DNA of 64,000 bases, taken from the NCBI GenBank assembly GCA_019057375.1, contig DXJF01000053.1, positions 1-64,000 on the forward strand, given 5' to 3'. Shown piece by piece: positions 17,621 through 26,598 of this stretch. Each line of letters opens with the position of its first letter. Position 1 is the first letter of the stretch. This DNA comes from Candidatus Heimdallarchaeota archaeon. GTDB taxonomy: Archaea; Asgardarchaeota; Heimdallarchaeia; Heimdallarchaeales; Heimdallarchaeaceae. The notes under the pieces are model-generated. The model worked only from the letters and a program-made list of their open reading frames with translations. It made no database searches and was not told where the DNA came from. A program made the position numbers and the translations under genes.

Positions 17621-19591
17621 TTATTTTACAAGATATTGACTTATATGTTTTTGTGCATCCCTTTTTTCGTCTTCATTTATTTTAAACAAACCATAAACTA
17701 AATCGTCTACTTCCTCATCTACTGAGGAAATCAATTCTTCATGCTTAAGCAAAATGTTCACTTTCAGAACAAGCAATTCATTTAGTTGATCGTTAGGTAC
17801 TATAAAAGGTAAATCATGAAGATACATAGGAAGATAATGTAGATATTTTCCAGTTATCTCAGTACTTGAATACATTATAGAATACAAAAAGCTGAACAAT
17901 TCGGAATTTAAAAGAGAAAGAATAAGTTCAAGACTAATGTTTAAGTCCTTAGCTTTTTGAGTCAAGTGTCCTAGTAAGAAAATATCTTTACAAACATAAC
18001 CCTCAGTATCTAGTGTTGCTCTCATCCTTAGGGCATGTTGACATATAATTATCTTCTTTGATGTAAATATATCAATTTCAGGAAAGTTATTCTTCATTCC
18101 TTTTGCTTTCTCATGATCATAGTCCAAATAGTAACCTTTCCAGTTAATACCATATCGTTCAACTTCTCTATTTCCACCAAATGGTTTACCACCTAGAAAT
18201 TTCCTGGATTTAGTACTAATTGATTTTTCAAATACAAAATGTTCTCGTAATCCTCTCCGATGGAATGAAATTGACCATCTAAATCTAACTAAATCTCCTA
18301 ACCTATATTCAGAGTCATTGTAAATCTTCTCTATTATTGAAAGGGAAGTTGAATCTGGAAGAAAAATGGTTTTGTTTGTAGTTTTATGAAAAAAATCTGC
18401 AGAAACATATTTACACTTTGATTTGATGTTCATTGTTTGTAATTCTTCATAATCGACGTTTTTGGCGAGTTTGATAGTATCATCATTCAATCTATTCTTA
18501 TCTAAAATAAGTATGATAGGATAAACAGCTGGACGAAAGACATTTTGATGAGTTATATCAACAATTTCTGAAATAAGATTATGTTCAAGGAAATATCTTC
18601 TCATTTCTTTTGAATATCTTGAACTAAGAAATTTACTGGGGATTATATATCCAAGTTTTCCATTAGCTTTTAGCAGATCTGTACCAAGTTCTAAAAAGCA
18701 AGAATAAACATCAAAATGCCCTCTAGCAGCTTTAGGGAAATTAAGTAAGCAAATCTTCTTAATCAGTTTATCCATCCGTTTTGCTTCAATATAAGGTGGG
18801 TTACCAACTACAAAATCATACCTCTGATTCTTTGCTTTCCTAACTTCAAAAATATCTTTCTCTCCTTGTTTGTCCACAGAGTTTGTTAGATAAATGTTAG
18901 GAGTGAAGGATATTTCTAAATTATATCTCTCTTTAAATCGTTCAATTAGTATTAGTGATATATTAAATTTAGAGATATAGACTGCTAGCGGGTCAATATC
19001 AAATCCAAAAACATACTTTTGAATATAATTTGATATTTCATTTACAGTGAATTTTTCTTTATTTTGCTCAATCAGTAAGTCTATTGCTTGCGCTAGAAAT
19101 AATCCTGAACCTGATGATAAGTCAATAATATTTTGTGTATCAATTATAGAATATCTGTTAGGAAATCCTACTTGATGAAGAATGTAATTTATTACGGAAA
19201 TTGGAGTAAAAACTATTCCTTTTCCTTGCTTAGCTGTTTTTGTTAAAATCTTCTGATATAGATTCCCTAAAGGGTCCAAACCAATTTTATTGCCGAACTT
19301 ATTTCTTATTTCAATTATTTTAGGGTAGATCTGAGAAAATTGGTCATATTTTTCAATATCATATAAAGAAGGGAAAGCTCTCGAAATCTTTGAGATTTTC
19401 TTCTTAAAAGATAGAGTAGGTTCAATCAGGTTGTATTTTTCAGCACAGGATGTCAGATATAAACCCCCAAGAACCTTGAAGCTTCTTAACAGCTCATCTT
19501 CATCAAAGAGCTTGTTCTTTAGAATCAAGTTATTAATTTGAAAAAGAATTTCTTCAAGATGATTAAGAGAACCCAATAGATTATCAGACAT
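17621..19591 (-). CDS. N6-adenine DNA methyltransferase (Eco57I/TaqI-like gamma class) with C-terminal specificity domain
   Basis: GIVFTP, motif I DLSSGSGLFL, GFDIDP, motif IV GNPPY; TaqI_C-like tail ILSLLNSELF. Confidence 0.9.
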   Translation of the reverse strand: MSDNLLGSLNHLEEILFQINNLILKNKLFDEDELLRSFKVLGGLYLTSCAEKYNLIEPTLSFKKKISKISRAFPSLYDIEKYDQFSQIYPKIIEIRNKFGNKIGLDPLGNLYQKILTKTAKQGKGIVFTPISVINYILHQVGFPNRYSIIDTQNIIDLSSGSGLFLAQAIDLLIEQNKEKFTVNEISNYIQKYVFGFDIDPLAVYISKFNISLILIERFKERYNLEISFTPNIYLTNSVDKQGEKDIFEVRKAKNQRYDFVVGNPPYIEAKRMDKLIKKICLLNFPKAARGHFDVYSCFLELGTDLLKANGKLGYIIPSKFLSSRYSKEMRRYFLEHNLISEIVDITHQNVFRPAVYPIILILDKNRLNDDTIKLAKNVDYEELQTMNIKSKCKYVSADFFHKTTNKTIFLPDSTSLSIIEKIYNDSEYRLGDLVRFRWSISFHRRGLREHFVFEKSISTKSRKFLGGKPFGGNREVERYGINWKGYYLDYDHEKAKGMKNNFPEIDIFTSKKIIICQHALRMRATLDTEGYVCKDIFLLGHLTQKAKDLNISLELILSLLNSELFSFLYSIMYSSTEITGKYLHYLPMYLHDLPFIVPNDQLNELLVLKVNILLKHEELISSVDEEVDDLVYGLFKINEDEKRDAQKHISQYLVK

Positions 19592-19655
19592 ATTAGTGTG
19601 AACAAATAAAAAGGGTTAATTCTAAAAGTTTTCTGAGAGTAGTTATTTAATTTGG

Positions 19656-20147
19656 TTAAATGTATCGCATTTTAAGTCTTTGAAACTTTGATGCACATAT
19701 GTTACATAAAGTAGAGGGTTTTTGTATAAGAACTTCAAAACTATCAGTTCTTTTCATTAAACATTCCTCAACGCATGGTTTCAAACCTAAAACTATCCCA
19801 ACGTGAAAAGCTACTTCTTTGGCTATAAGTGTTCTAGTTGCCATTCTAGCCGTAGATACAATTGTTCCTTTGATAGTCTCACCATATCCGAAAACATACT
19901 CAGTATTAACAATTAGTGATTGTTCGATTAACCAAAGAAAAAAGGATAATCCTTCTGATTGAGCATTATTTAGAAGTAATTGCGCATCAAAAGCGTTTCT
20001 TTCAGTATTCCAGGCTACTTGTCGAGGGATTCTAACACCTACAGATCTGAACTGCATTTGATAGATATCACTAAGGAACCTCTCAACATGTTCTGAGACT
20101 TCATCAGCGATTTTTTCACAATAATAAATTTTGAAATCCCTAGGCAA
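19656..20147 (-). CDS. archaemetzincin-like protein lacking the zinc-binding motif
   Basis: AWNTERNAFDA, YVFG, IVSTAR, then KEVAFHVGIVLGLKPC...CLM...KPSTLCNIC; HExxHxxGxxH absent, cysteines kept. Confidence 0.7.
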   Translation of the reverse strand: MPRDFKIYYCEKIADEVSEHVERFLSDIYQMQFRSVGVRIPRQVAWNTERNAFDAQLLLNNAQSEGLSFFLWLIEQSLIVNTEYVFGYGETIKGTIVSTARMATRTLIAKEVAFHVGIVLGLKPCVEECLMKRTDSFEVLIQKPSTLCNICASKFQRLKMRYI

Positions 20148-20235
20148 GACTAATCTGTTTATACAAGGGTATTTTTATCTAATAATTGTTATGATACTCT
20201 CAATAGAAACAAATTAACTGCTGAGTTTATTTTTT

Positions 20236-20703
20236 TTATTTTTTACCAGAAAAAGTATATATTCCATAAGATACGATTTCTTCCTTTAAACCCATTTTAA
20301 CTTTAATTTCTAGCTGTTTTGCATTCCTGTGGTAAGTAAATTCCTTAACAATTTTCATATTGGGAGGTAGATTATATCCCGATTCGAAATCACTAGTTAG
20401 AATAGCCTGTTTTTTGCTAGATTTTATAATTAAATTGGATGTTTCAATATAACCTTCAGAATTAAAACTGATTAGTTTCATCTGTTCTCTAGTTTTGTCA
20501 AAAAAGAGAAAATTCCTTTCAAGTAACTTCTCGGGTTTAACGGAGGATTTTATTTGCTTAATTTCTATAATATCTATTCCAAATTTTCTACATTGTAAGT
20601 AGGACTCAGAATCTATCCCGTAAGCAGAATGAGTGCCTCTCCATAAACCATAGATCCAATCAAGATCATCGATAGGGTTTGAAAAATCCATACTTAAAAA
20701 CAA
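20236..20703 (-). CDS. hypothetical protein, possibly a nitrobindin/DUF1794-like beta-barrel
   Basis: N-terminal DDLDWIYGLWRG resembles the LxWLxGxWxG start of calycin-like barrels; beta-rich pattern. Confidence 0.55.
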   Translation of the reverse strand: MFLSMDFSNPIDDLDWIYGLWRGTHSAYGIDSESYLQCRKFGIDIIEIKQIKSSVKPEKLLERNFLFFDKTREQMKLISFNSEGYIETSNLIIKSSKKQAILTSDFESGYNLPPNMKIVKEFTYHRNAKQLEIKVKMGLKEEIVSYGIYTFSGKK

Positions 20704-20742
20704 AGGAATGAATTTAAAAACTCTGTTATAAATGAATTCTTA

Positions 20743-21468
20743 ATGAATAAAGCTAAGAAAATAGATTTAGAGAAATGCAAAGTTCTAGATTGGGAATTGG
20801 ATGAATCTTTGTTGATTGAAGCACTCACTCATCCAAATTATCACCCACCAAACCAAATTATTTTAAATTTCGAAAGATTGGAGTTTCTAGGAGATTCGAT
20901 ATTAGATACTCTAACAGCTGAATGGCTCTATAAAGAAACCAAAGAAGATGTTGGTATTTTGTCTCAACTAAGATCTCTCTTAGTTAGAACCAATACATTA
21001 GCAGAAGTAGGAAAGGAATTAGGAATTGAAAAGAAATTAAGAACTGGTTCTAATTACAAAATAGTTGAAACTGATCTAGAAGATAGTTTAGAAGCTATTT
21101 TTGGAGCTTTTTATCTCTCTAAAGGCGTAGATGTAACAAGAGAATTTTTTAACAAACTATTTCTCAAACGACTTCAGCATTTTAAAAATGAGATAAATGA
21201 TGAAATAGGGAGAGAAAAAATACTTAAACTAACAGTTTGTGAGCATAATCCCATCAATCAACTTCAGGAATTTTTCCAAAAAGAGGGATTAGAACTTCCT
21301 GAATATTCTCTTTTAAAGAAAAAAGGGGATGATCACGAACCCATTTTCTTTATGCAATGCAGAGCAAAAATAGGCGAAAAGGAATATTTAAGCTCTGGAA
21401 AAGGATCAAACAGAAAGTCAGCTAAACGTGATGCTGCTGAGAAAATGAGTAAGAAACTGAAAATTTGA
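20743..21468 (+). CDS. rnc: ribonuclease III, bacterial type (RNase III domain plus dsRBD)
   Basis: ALTHP, signature NFERLEFLGDSIL, DSLEAIFGAFYL; dsRBD NPINQLQE...GKGSNRKSAKRDAA. Confidence 0.93.
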   Translation: MNKAKKIDLEKCKVLDWELDESLLIEALTHPNYHPPNQIILNFERLEFLGDSILDTLTAEWLYKETKEDVGILSQLRSLLVRTNTLAEVGKELGIEKKLRTGSNYKIVETDLEDSLEAIFGAFYLSKGVDVTREFFNKLFLKRLQHFKNEINDEIGREKILKLTVCEHNPINQLQEFFQKEGLELPEYSLLKKKGDDHEPIFFMQCRAKIGEKEYLSSGKGSNRKSAKRDAAEKMSKKLKI

Positions 21469-21563
21469 AGAAAAACTTTACCCCATTAGGTGAAAATTAA
21501 AAAGGAAAAAAAGTAGAAAGAAATTGAGGAATAAGAATCTTATCACTAGTTAATAGTTAAAGT

Positions 21564-21734
21564 GTGATACTTAAACCTAATGAGTTATTCTATCTCCAAA
21601 AACCTTTTACAGTATTCAGAAAGATCCTCTCAAGACTCATCCTAAACCAACGTAACATTGAAGCAATTGATGAATATCCAGCTTTTAAAAAATCATTAGA
21701 TGAATGGATTTGGGCAGCGACAGGAGAACTCTAG
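21564..21734 (+). other. possible 56-aa small ORF or gene remnant, below the ORF-track cutoff
   Basis: GTG-ILKPNELFYLQKPFTVFRKILSRLILNQRNIEAIDEYPAFKKSLDEWIWAATGEL-TAG, translated by hand. Confidence 0.3.
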
Positions 21735-21900
21735 TTATTTGAATATCATTTAATCTTTAGATTCTTATTTAAACTCAGAATGCTACTAAACACTAACTTC
21801 AGTTTATATCTTAAAGTTGCCTAATGAAATTAGAAAAGAATAGGATAATACAATTTCAAAGTAAATAGCAAAAAAGTTTTGAGAAAATCTTTTAACATAC

Positions 21901-22284
21901 TTATTTTTTCTCTAAAAATGTGATTCTCAAGATTTCTGTTCTCTTCTCTGAATGATTTATTAATGTATAAAAAGTTTCAGGATCAAATATAGCAAAATCC
22001 CCCTCCTTTAACAACTCTTTTTGTTTTTGTTCTCTGTCAACCACTTCAATTTCTACTTCTCCTACCATTATATATATGACCTCTATTGCTCCCTTTTGAG
22101 CAAATATGAATTGTGAATCTCCCGGTGGTATGATAATTTTATTGATTTCAAATGGGTGTTTCCCTGGGAAAAAACGCTTACATTTCTCCATGCATTCAGA
22201 GTATTTGCTCTTGATAGATGTATAGTCACTTTTTCTTGTTATTAGCATGCTAATAATCTCTTCTGATAATTGCAGTATTTTCAA
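21901..22284 (-). CDS. cupin-domain protein
   Basis: IIIPPGDS...EVIYIMVGEVEI...LLKEGDFAIFDP...YTLIN; cupin pattern without the metal-binding histidines; TTG start. Confidence 0.75.
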   Translation of the reverse strand: MKILQLSEEIISMLITRKSDYTSIKSKYSECMEKCKRFFPGKHPFEINKIIIPPGDSQFIFAQKGAIEVIYIMVGEVEIEVVDREQKQKELLKEGDFAIFDPETFYTLINHSEKRTEILRITFLEKK

Positions 22285-22411
22285 TGAAAGGTATTAAAGT
22301 GTTAGTGTAACTATATATGCCCCCTATGCCTTTTTCATGATTTTTAGTGCTTTATTATTAAACAAAAAATTCTATTCTCTAAAAGAAAAAAAGAAGAAAT
22401 TTACAAATAAA

Positions 22412-22447
22412 CCTTAGAGAATACATCAATACAAACCTTCTCTAAGG
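22412..22447. repeat. 10-bp perfect inverted repeat with 16-nt spacer
   Basis: CCTTAGAGAA-N16-TTCTCTAAGG. Confidence 0.7.
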
Positions 22448-22525
22448 CAGATATATGTCAAATAAAAATCTTACCGAAAGTTTATATTTTTCATTCAGTA
22501 AGAAAATTTATGGGAGCGATTTAAT

Positions 22526-23833
22526 ATGATTAGAGCTACAATATTTGAAATAAAAAACTTAATTCGATCAACTTATGAGGTGCACATCTTTCTTTTCAAG
22601 TATAGGTTGGTTTATTACACAGGTATAATTCTGTTTTTTATTGGTTTAATATCAGATTTAATTGATTTTCCAGATCGTAATATTATATCAATAATCATAT
22701 TTTCAATTTCAATTTTTGTTTCTATTCTTTCATTAATTTTAGATATTCGGAGGAGTGGAGAAGAAAAAGAAAAATATAGTGAGGATGTGCCAAATGATCA
22801 CGTTACAAAATTAACGAAACTCAATATAACAGACGAGTACACTAACAGTGGTTATATAATTAAGGATTTTTGCAACAAATATGTAGCTCTGTATTCTGAT
22901 AAAATTAATAAATTAATTAGAAATGAAAACCTCAATAACTCCTTTGAAATCATAAAATCAAAAGCCATTCTTCCAAGTGCTGCAAAATTGTTTGCTCCAA
23001 AAATTATAAAGGATAGATTAACAGAAAGAAGAGGGACATTTTTTAATGATAAGAAAATTAGGCTGCGAACTGACTTAACCTCCACAAATAATAAATCTAA
23101 ATCTCCCATACAATTACAGAAAACAGATTATTACTCAGGAATATGTACAAATGAAATGACAGGTAAAGAAGTTAAAAGAAAAGAGAATAACGATCTTGTA
23201 GAAACAATTTACGATGGTTATAGTTTTTTCTGTAATAATAACACTCTCCTTAAACTAGAAGATAGTAATAATAAATGTTCAAACCATATTGGAGTTTCCA
23301 CACTAGCTATATCAATGGATAAGAAAATTGTTATTTCAAAACAATCAGGAAGAACAATTGTGTATCGTAATAAGTTAGTACCTACTGGTTCTGGCTCAGC
23401 AGATTATAGAGATTTTAAATCCAAACAAAATAAATTCAATTTTAAAACCACCCTTATTAAAGCAATGAATCGTGAATTGTTGGAGGAAACATCTCTTAAG
23501 AAAGAAAAAGGCTTAGAGGTTAAAACTAAGCTAATAGGATATGCAAGATTATTAGATCGAGGAGGGAAACCTGATTTCTTTGGAGTATCTTTCCTCAATG
23601 TTAATTTTGAAAAAATAAAAGTAAGTGGAGTGGAAAAATTATATATTGATATTCATAAAGAAATCGAAGTTATGGGATATACAGTAAAAGATTTCCTCAA
23701 AAGTATTGAATCTTATGAAGAGAAGAATAAGCAATGCTTTTCTTTGCCCTTGTACTTAAACATTCAGTTTTTAAAACAGTTTATAGAGGAAAACAATGAA
23801 TTATTTTTACAACATTTTGAAGAAAGAAACTAG
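22526..23833 (+). CDS. two-TM-anchored divergent Nudix-fold protein
   Basis: two N-terminal TM helices; C-terminal HIGVSTLAIS.D, TGSGSAD, AMNRELLEET (Nudix-box-like), GGKPDFFG. Confidence 0.7.
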   Translation: MIRATIFEIKNLIRSTYEVHIFLFKYRLVYYTGIILFFIGLISDLIDFPDRNIISIIIFSISIFVSILSLILDIRRSGEEKEKYSEDVPNDHVTKLTKLNITDEYTNSGYIIKDFCNKYVALYSDKINKLIRNENLNNSFEIIKSKAILPSAAKLFAPKIIKDRLTERRGTFFNDKKIRLRTDLTSTNNKSKSPIQLQKTDYYSGICTNEMTGKEVKRKENNDLVETIYDGYSFFCNNNTLLKLEDSNNKCSNHIGVSTLAISMDKKIVISKQSGRTIVYRNKLVPTGSGSADYRDFKSKQNKFNFKTTLIKAMNRELLEETSLKKEKGLEVKTKLIGYARLLDRGGKPDFFGVSFLNVNFEKIKVSGVEKLYIDIHKEIEVMGYTVKDFLKSIESYEEKNKQCFSLPLYLNIQFLKQFIEENNELFLQHFEERN

Positions 23834-23968
23834 GAAAATTGAAGAATTTATCCAATCCGCAAAGCGTATCTAAAGAAACAACAAATATGATTCCGTTAAG
23901 AAATTCTAACTCCAGTTTCAAATCCCGATTAAAATCTTATCACAAGAAAATTATAAAAACTCAGTATA

Positions 23969-24535
23969 TTATGTTTCTTGATTATCTTTTTGAATTAATG
24001 GTTCTTTAACTCTCTTCCACTTATATCTTATTTTTGATCTTACAATTATATTCACGATTTGATAAATACCTTGTACAATTTTTTCCATTTCTTCATTTAG
24101 TTTGTCTTTAATATTATCTACAGGATCACCAATAATATCATCAGAAATAATTTCACTAAATGTTCTCCAAGCTTCATAGATATTGTTAATTTCTTCATTA
24201 TTCTCAGAAGAAATTTTAAGCTGAATATTCATTTTATTTCGGAGTATATCTAAATCTATCTTGAAATTTGCAAGGGAGAATGCGATCATTTTATATGTTT
24301 CAGCAATTTTTTTCTGACTGATTTTCTTCTTATCTGTTCTAAGAACAAGCTATTTACCACTATCTGAAACTAAATCTCCACTTTTCCTTAGTAATCTACA
24401 AGTTTCAGTTGTTAGAGCTTTTGTAGTTTTTATGGTGTGTTGTTTTTTCTGATATCGATTAGCAATAAAACCAGCGAGTAGGACAGCAATTATAGTACTT
24501 CCACCTGTAATTATACTAGGTAGCCATTCTATCAT
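23969..24535 (-). pseudogene. N-terminally anchored helical protein interrupted by one in-frame TAG at 24350-24352
   Basis: ORFs 24350-24535 and 23969-24289 share a frame and are separated by 60 nt of open codons (LVLRTDKKKISQKKIAETYK). Confidence 0.65.
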
Positions 24536-24819
24536 AAGCTACTATTCACTGTCCTGCATTATCCCAGTCTGATGAAATTAGTTTAATCTCTTCCTCTAAA
24601 TTGTTTCTAGCTATAGTAATTTCTAGTTTCATTTTTCAACCTCTCTGCTTTTAGAAGCTTTAATATTATTATTTGCTTCTGCCTAAAACTTTCATATCAT
24701 TCTATTTAAACCTTCCAAATAATATGCCATATTAATGCTGATGTATTCTCTTTTCTTGTTAACAATTCTTATATATCTACTTACGAAGGGTTTTCTTTGT
24801 AGAGTAAGTTGAGGAGTTA

Positions 24820-25074
24820 ATGAAGTTGTCAATATATGAAGAAGTACATAAATTAAGGAAGGAAATCATAGAATTGAAAAGGATGCAAAACAATTTTCTT
24901 GACATCTTAGATGGTATCATGAAGATGGTTGACTATACTAATCAAGAGTTATTAAGAGTCTTTAACGAAGAAAATGTATCTGAAGGGAGAGAAAAAAGGG
25001 AATTAAGAGAATATAACAAAGAACTCATCAAAGTTTATGAACATCTTAAAACAATGAAGAAACTTGAAGTGTAA
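24820..25074 (+). CDS. small coiled-coil hypothetical protein
   Basis: 84 aa, GAGGAG RBS upstream of the ATG, heptad-like E/K/L pattern. Confidence 0.65.
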   Translation: MKLSIYEEVHKLRKEIIELKRMQNNFLDILDGIMKMVDYTNQELLRVFNEENVSEGREKRELREYNKELIKVYEHLKTMKKLEV

Positions 25075-25235
25075 CCATTTAGAAATAAATTATTTAAACT
25101 CAAATATTACATTCATTGATTTTCTTGAAGTGAGAAGAAGGAAAAAAAATGAGCCACCAAAATAGAAAATTATGTGGTGAAAAATGAATGTTCAAAAAGT
25201 ATTTAAAGAAAGTATGTGGTTTTACAGTGATTTGA

Positions 25236-25466
25236 ATGGGATTACGATACAAATTGCAATTTCTAGATTTACATACAGCTATACTTCCTGAAGAAGGTGT
25301 TGAAATACTCGATAAACAAATCAAAGATTTTTTTGAAAACCTTCCAGAAGGATATTCAATTAAAGATTGGAAGATAACAAAAAATACAGAAAGAGGAAAA
25401 GAAGCAGAGATTGTAAACTTTGATAGAATTTATCTACTTCTAGAAAAAAAGATGAAGGGACAATAA
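25236..25466 (+). CDS. small hypothetical protein
   Basis: 76-aa ORF with protein-like composition in a cluster of short ORFs. Confidence 0.5.
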   Translation: MGLRYKLQFLDLHTAILPEEGVEILDKQIKDFFENLPEGYSIKDWKITKNTERGKEAEIVNFDRIYLLLEKKMKGQ

Positions 25467-25717
25467 ATGAATGAAAGAGAAACTGATTAAACAATGGTTC
25501 ATTGACCAGAAGGATAAGGAACTGAAGGATTTTATGAGACCGAAGAAACAATCAGAATTGGAGGATTTAATGTAACTCTATTTTTCGATACTTCTTCCAT
25601 CTTCACTATTTTGCGAAAAGAGTTAGAAATTGAGCATTAGCAATGAAATTAAATTAAAAATTGAATACAATAATGAAGTCATTAGGTTTAAGTATCAGTT
25701 TATCTATTACTTAGTAG

Positions 25718-26545
25718 ATGAATGAACCTCAAATTGATTCGTCAAAAGCAATAGAATTTATTAGAAATAAAGGAAATGAGGTAGAAAAACTTAAACTAGC
25801 TTTGATGCTTGGAGAGAAATCTGTAACAAAAGAGGTGGTAAAGGAACATCTCAATTTACAAAATTCTGATGGAGGAATACCTTTCAGAATGAGAGAAGAT
25901 TCACTAAGCACTATAGGCCCAACTATAACTTTTTTCAAAGACTTTTTAGTTCTAGACATGAAAGATGAAATCGAAGATTATCTCTCCAAAGCAGTAAACT
26001 TCCTACTACTGAATCAAGATGAAGAGGGATACTTCGAAGAACCTCAAAGCATAAAGAATTTTGAACCTTCACTTTGGGAAACTCCAGGAACAGATCCGAA
26101 CAGAATTTATTGCACTGCTATTGTGATTAATTTCCTATTAGGTTTAGGAGATGAGACATATCTAAACTTCATAATTAAAGGTCTAGACTATTTATCAAGA
26201 AACTGGAGAGATGATACGGGCTTTAAAAGTTATCCACACGCATTGTGGAATGCAATTCCAACATTTATTGCAATAAAAGGAGAAAATGACTGTATCTCAA
26301 GAAGAGGATTAGAGATGCTTCAAACATTTAATTTAGAGAACTATCCTTCTTCATCATTAGTTTGGATGGTTGAAAGTTTCATCAATGCTGGACTGGAGAA
26401 CCACAAATTTGTCACTCGTTTACTAGATGTTCTTTTACATAGACAAACTAGTGATGGTAAATGGGAATCAGAAGATGGAGAAGAATATGATTCTACTACA
26501 ACTTTAACAGTTTTACTAGTTTTAAAGAAGCTAAAATACATCTAG
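25718..26545 (+). CDS. prenyltransferase/squalene-cyclase repeat (alpha/alpha barrel) protein
   Basis: QW-like repeats LQNSDGG, NQDEEGYF, RQTSDGKW; terminal YDSTTT. Confidence 0.75.
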   Translation: MNEPQIDSSKAIEFIRNKGNEVEKLKLALMLGEKSVTKEVVKEHLNLQNSDGGIPFRMREDSLSTIGPTITFFKDFLVLDMKDEIEDYLSKAVNFLLLNQDEEGYFEEPQSIKNFEPSLWETPGTDPNRIYCTAIVINFLLGLGDETYLNFIIKGLDYLSRNWRDDTGFKSYPHALWNAIPTFIAIKGENDCISRRGLEMLQTFNLENYPSSSLVWMVESFINAGLENHKFVTRLLDVLLHRQTSDGKWESEDGEEYDSTTTLTVLLVLKKLKYI

Positions 26546-26598
26546 ATTTCAACATTTTATAGAGAATATTTTTAATTGAACAACTAATTTTCACTTAT

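Noticed and set aside
12471-17701. Plus-strand ORFs such as 13191-13592, 14545-14730, 15106-15399, 16154-16408, 17450-17701
   Set aside because: Antisense shadows of the DMT and membrane-family genes
25718-26545. Hopanoid or sterol cyclase
   Set aside because: Less than half the length of SHC/OSC and lacks the DxDD/DCTAE catalytic motif
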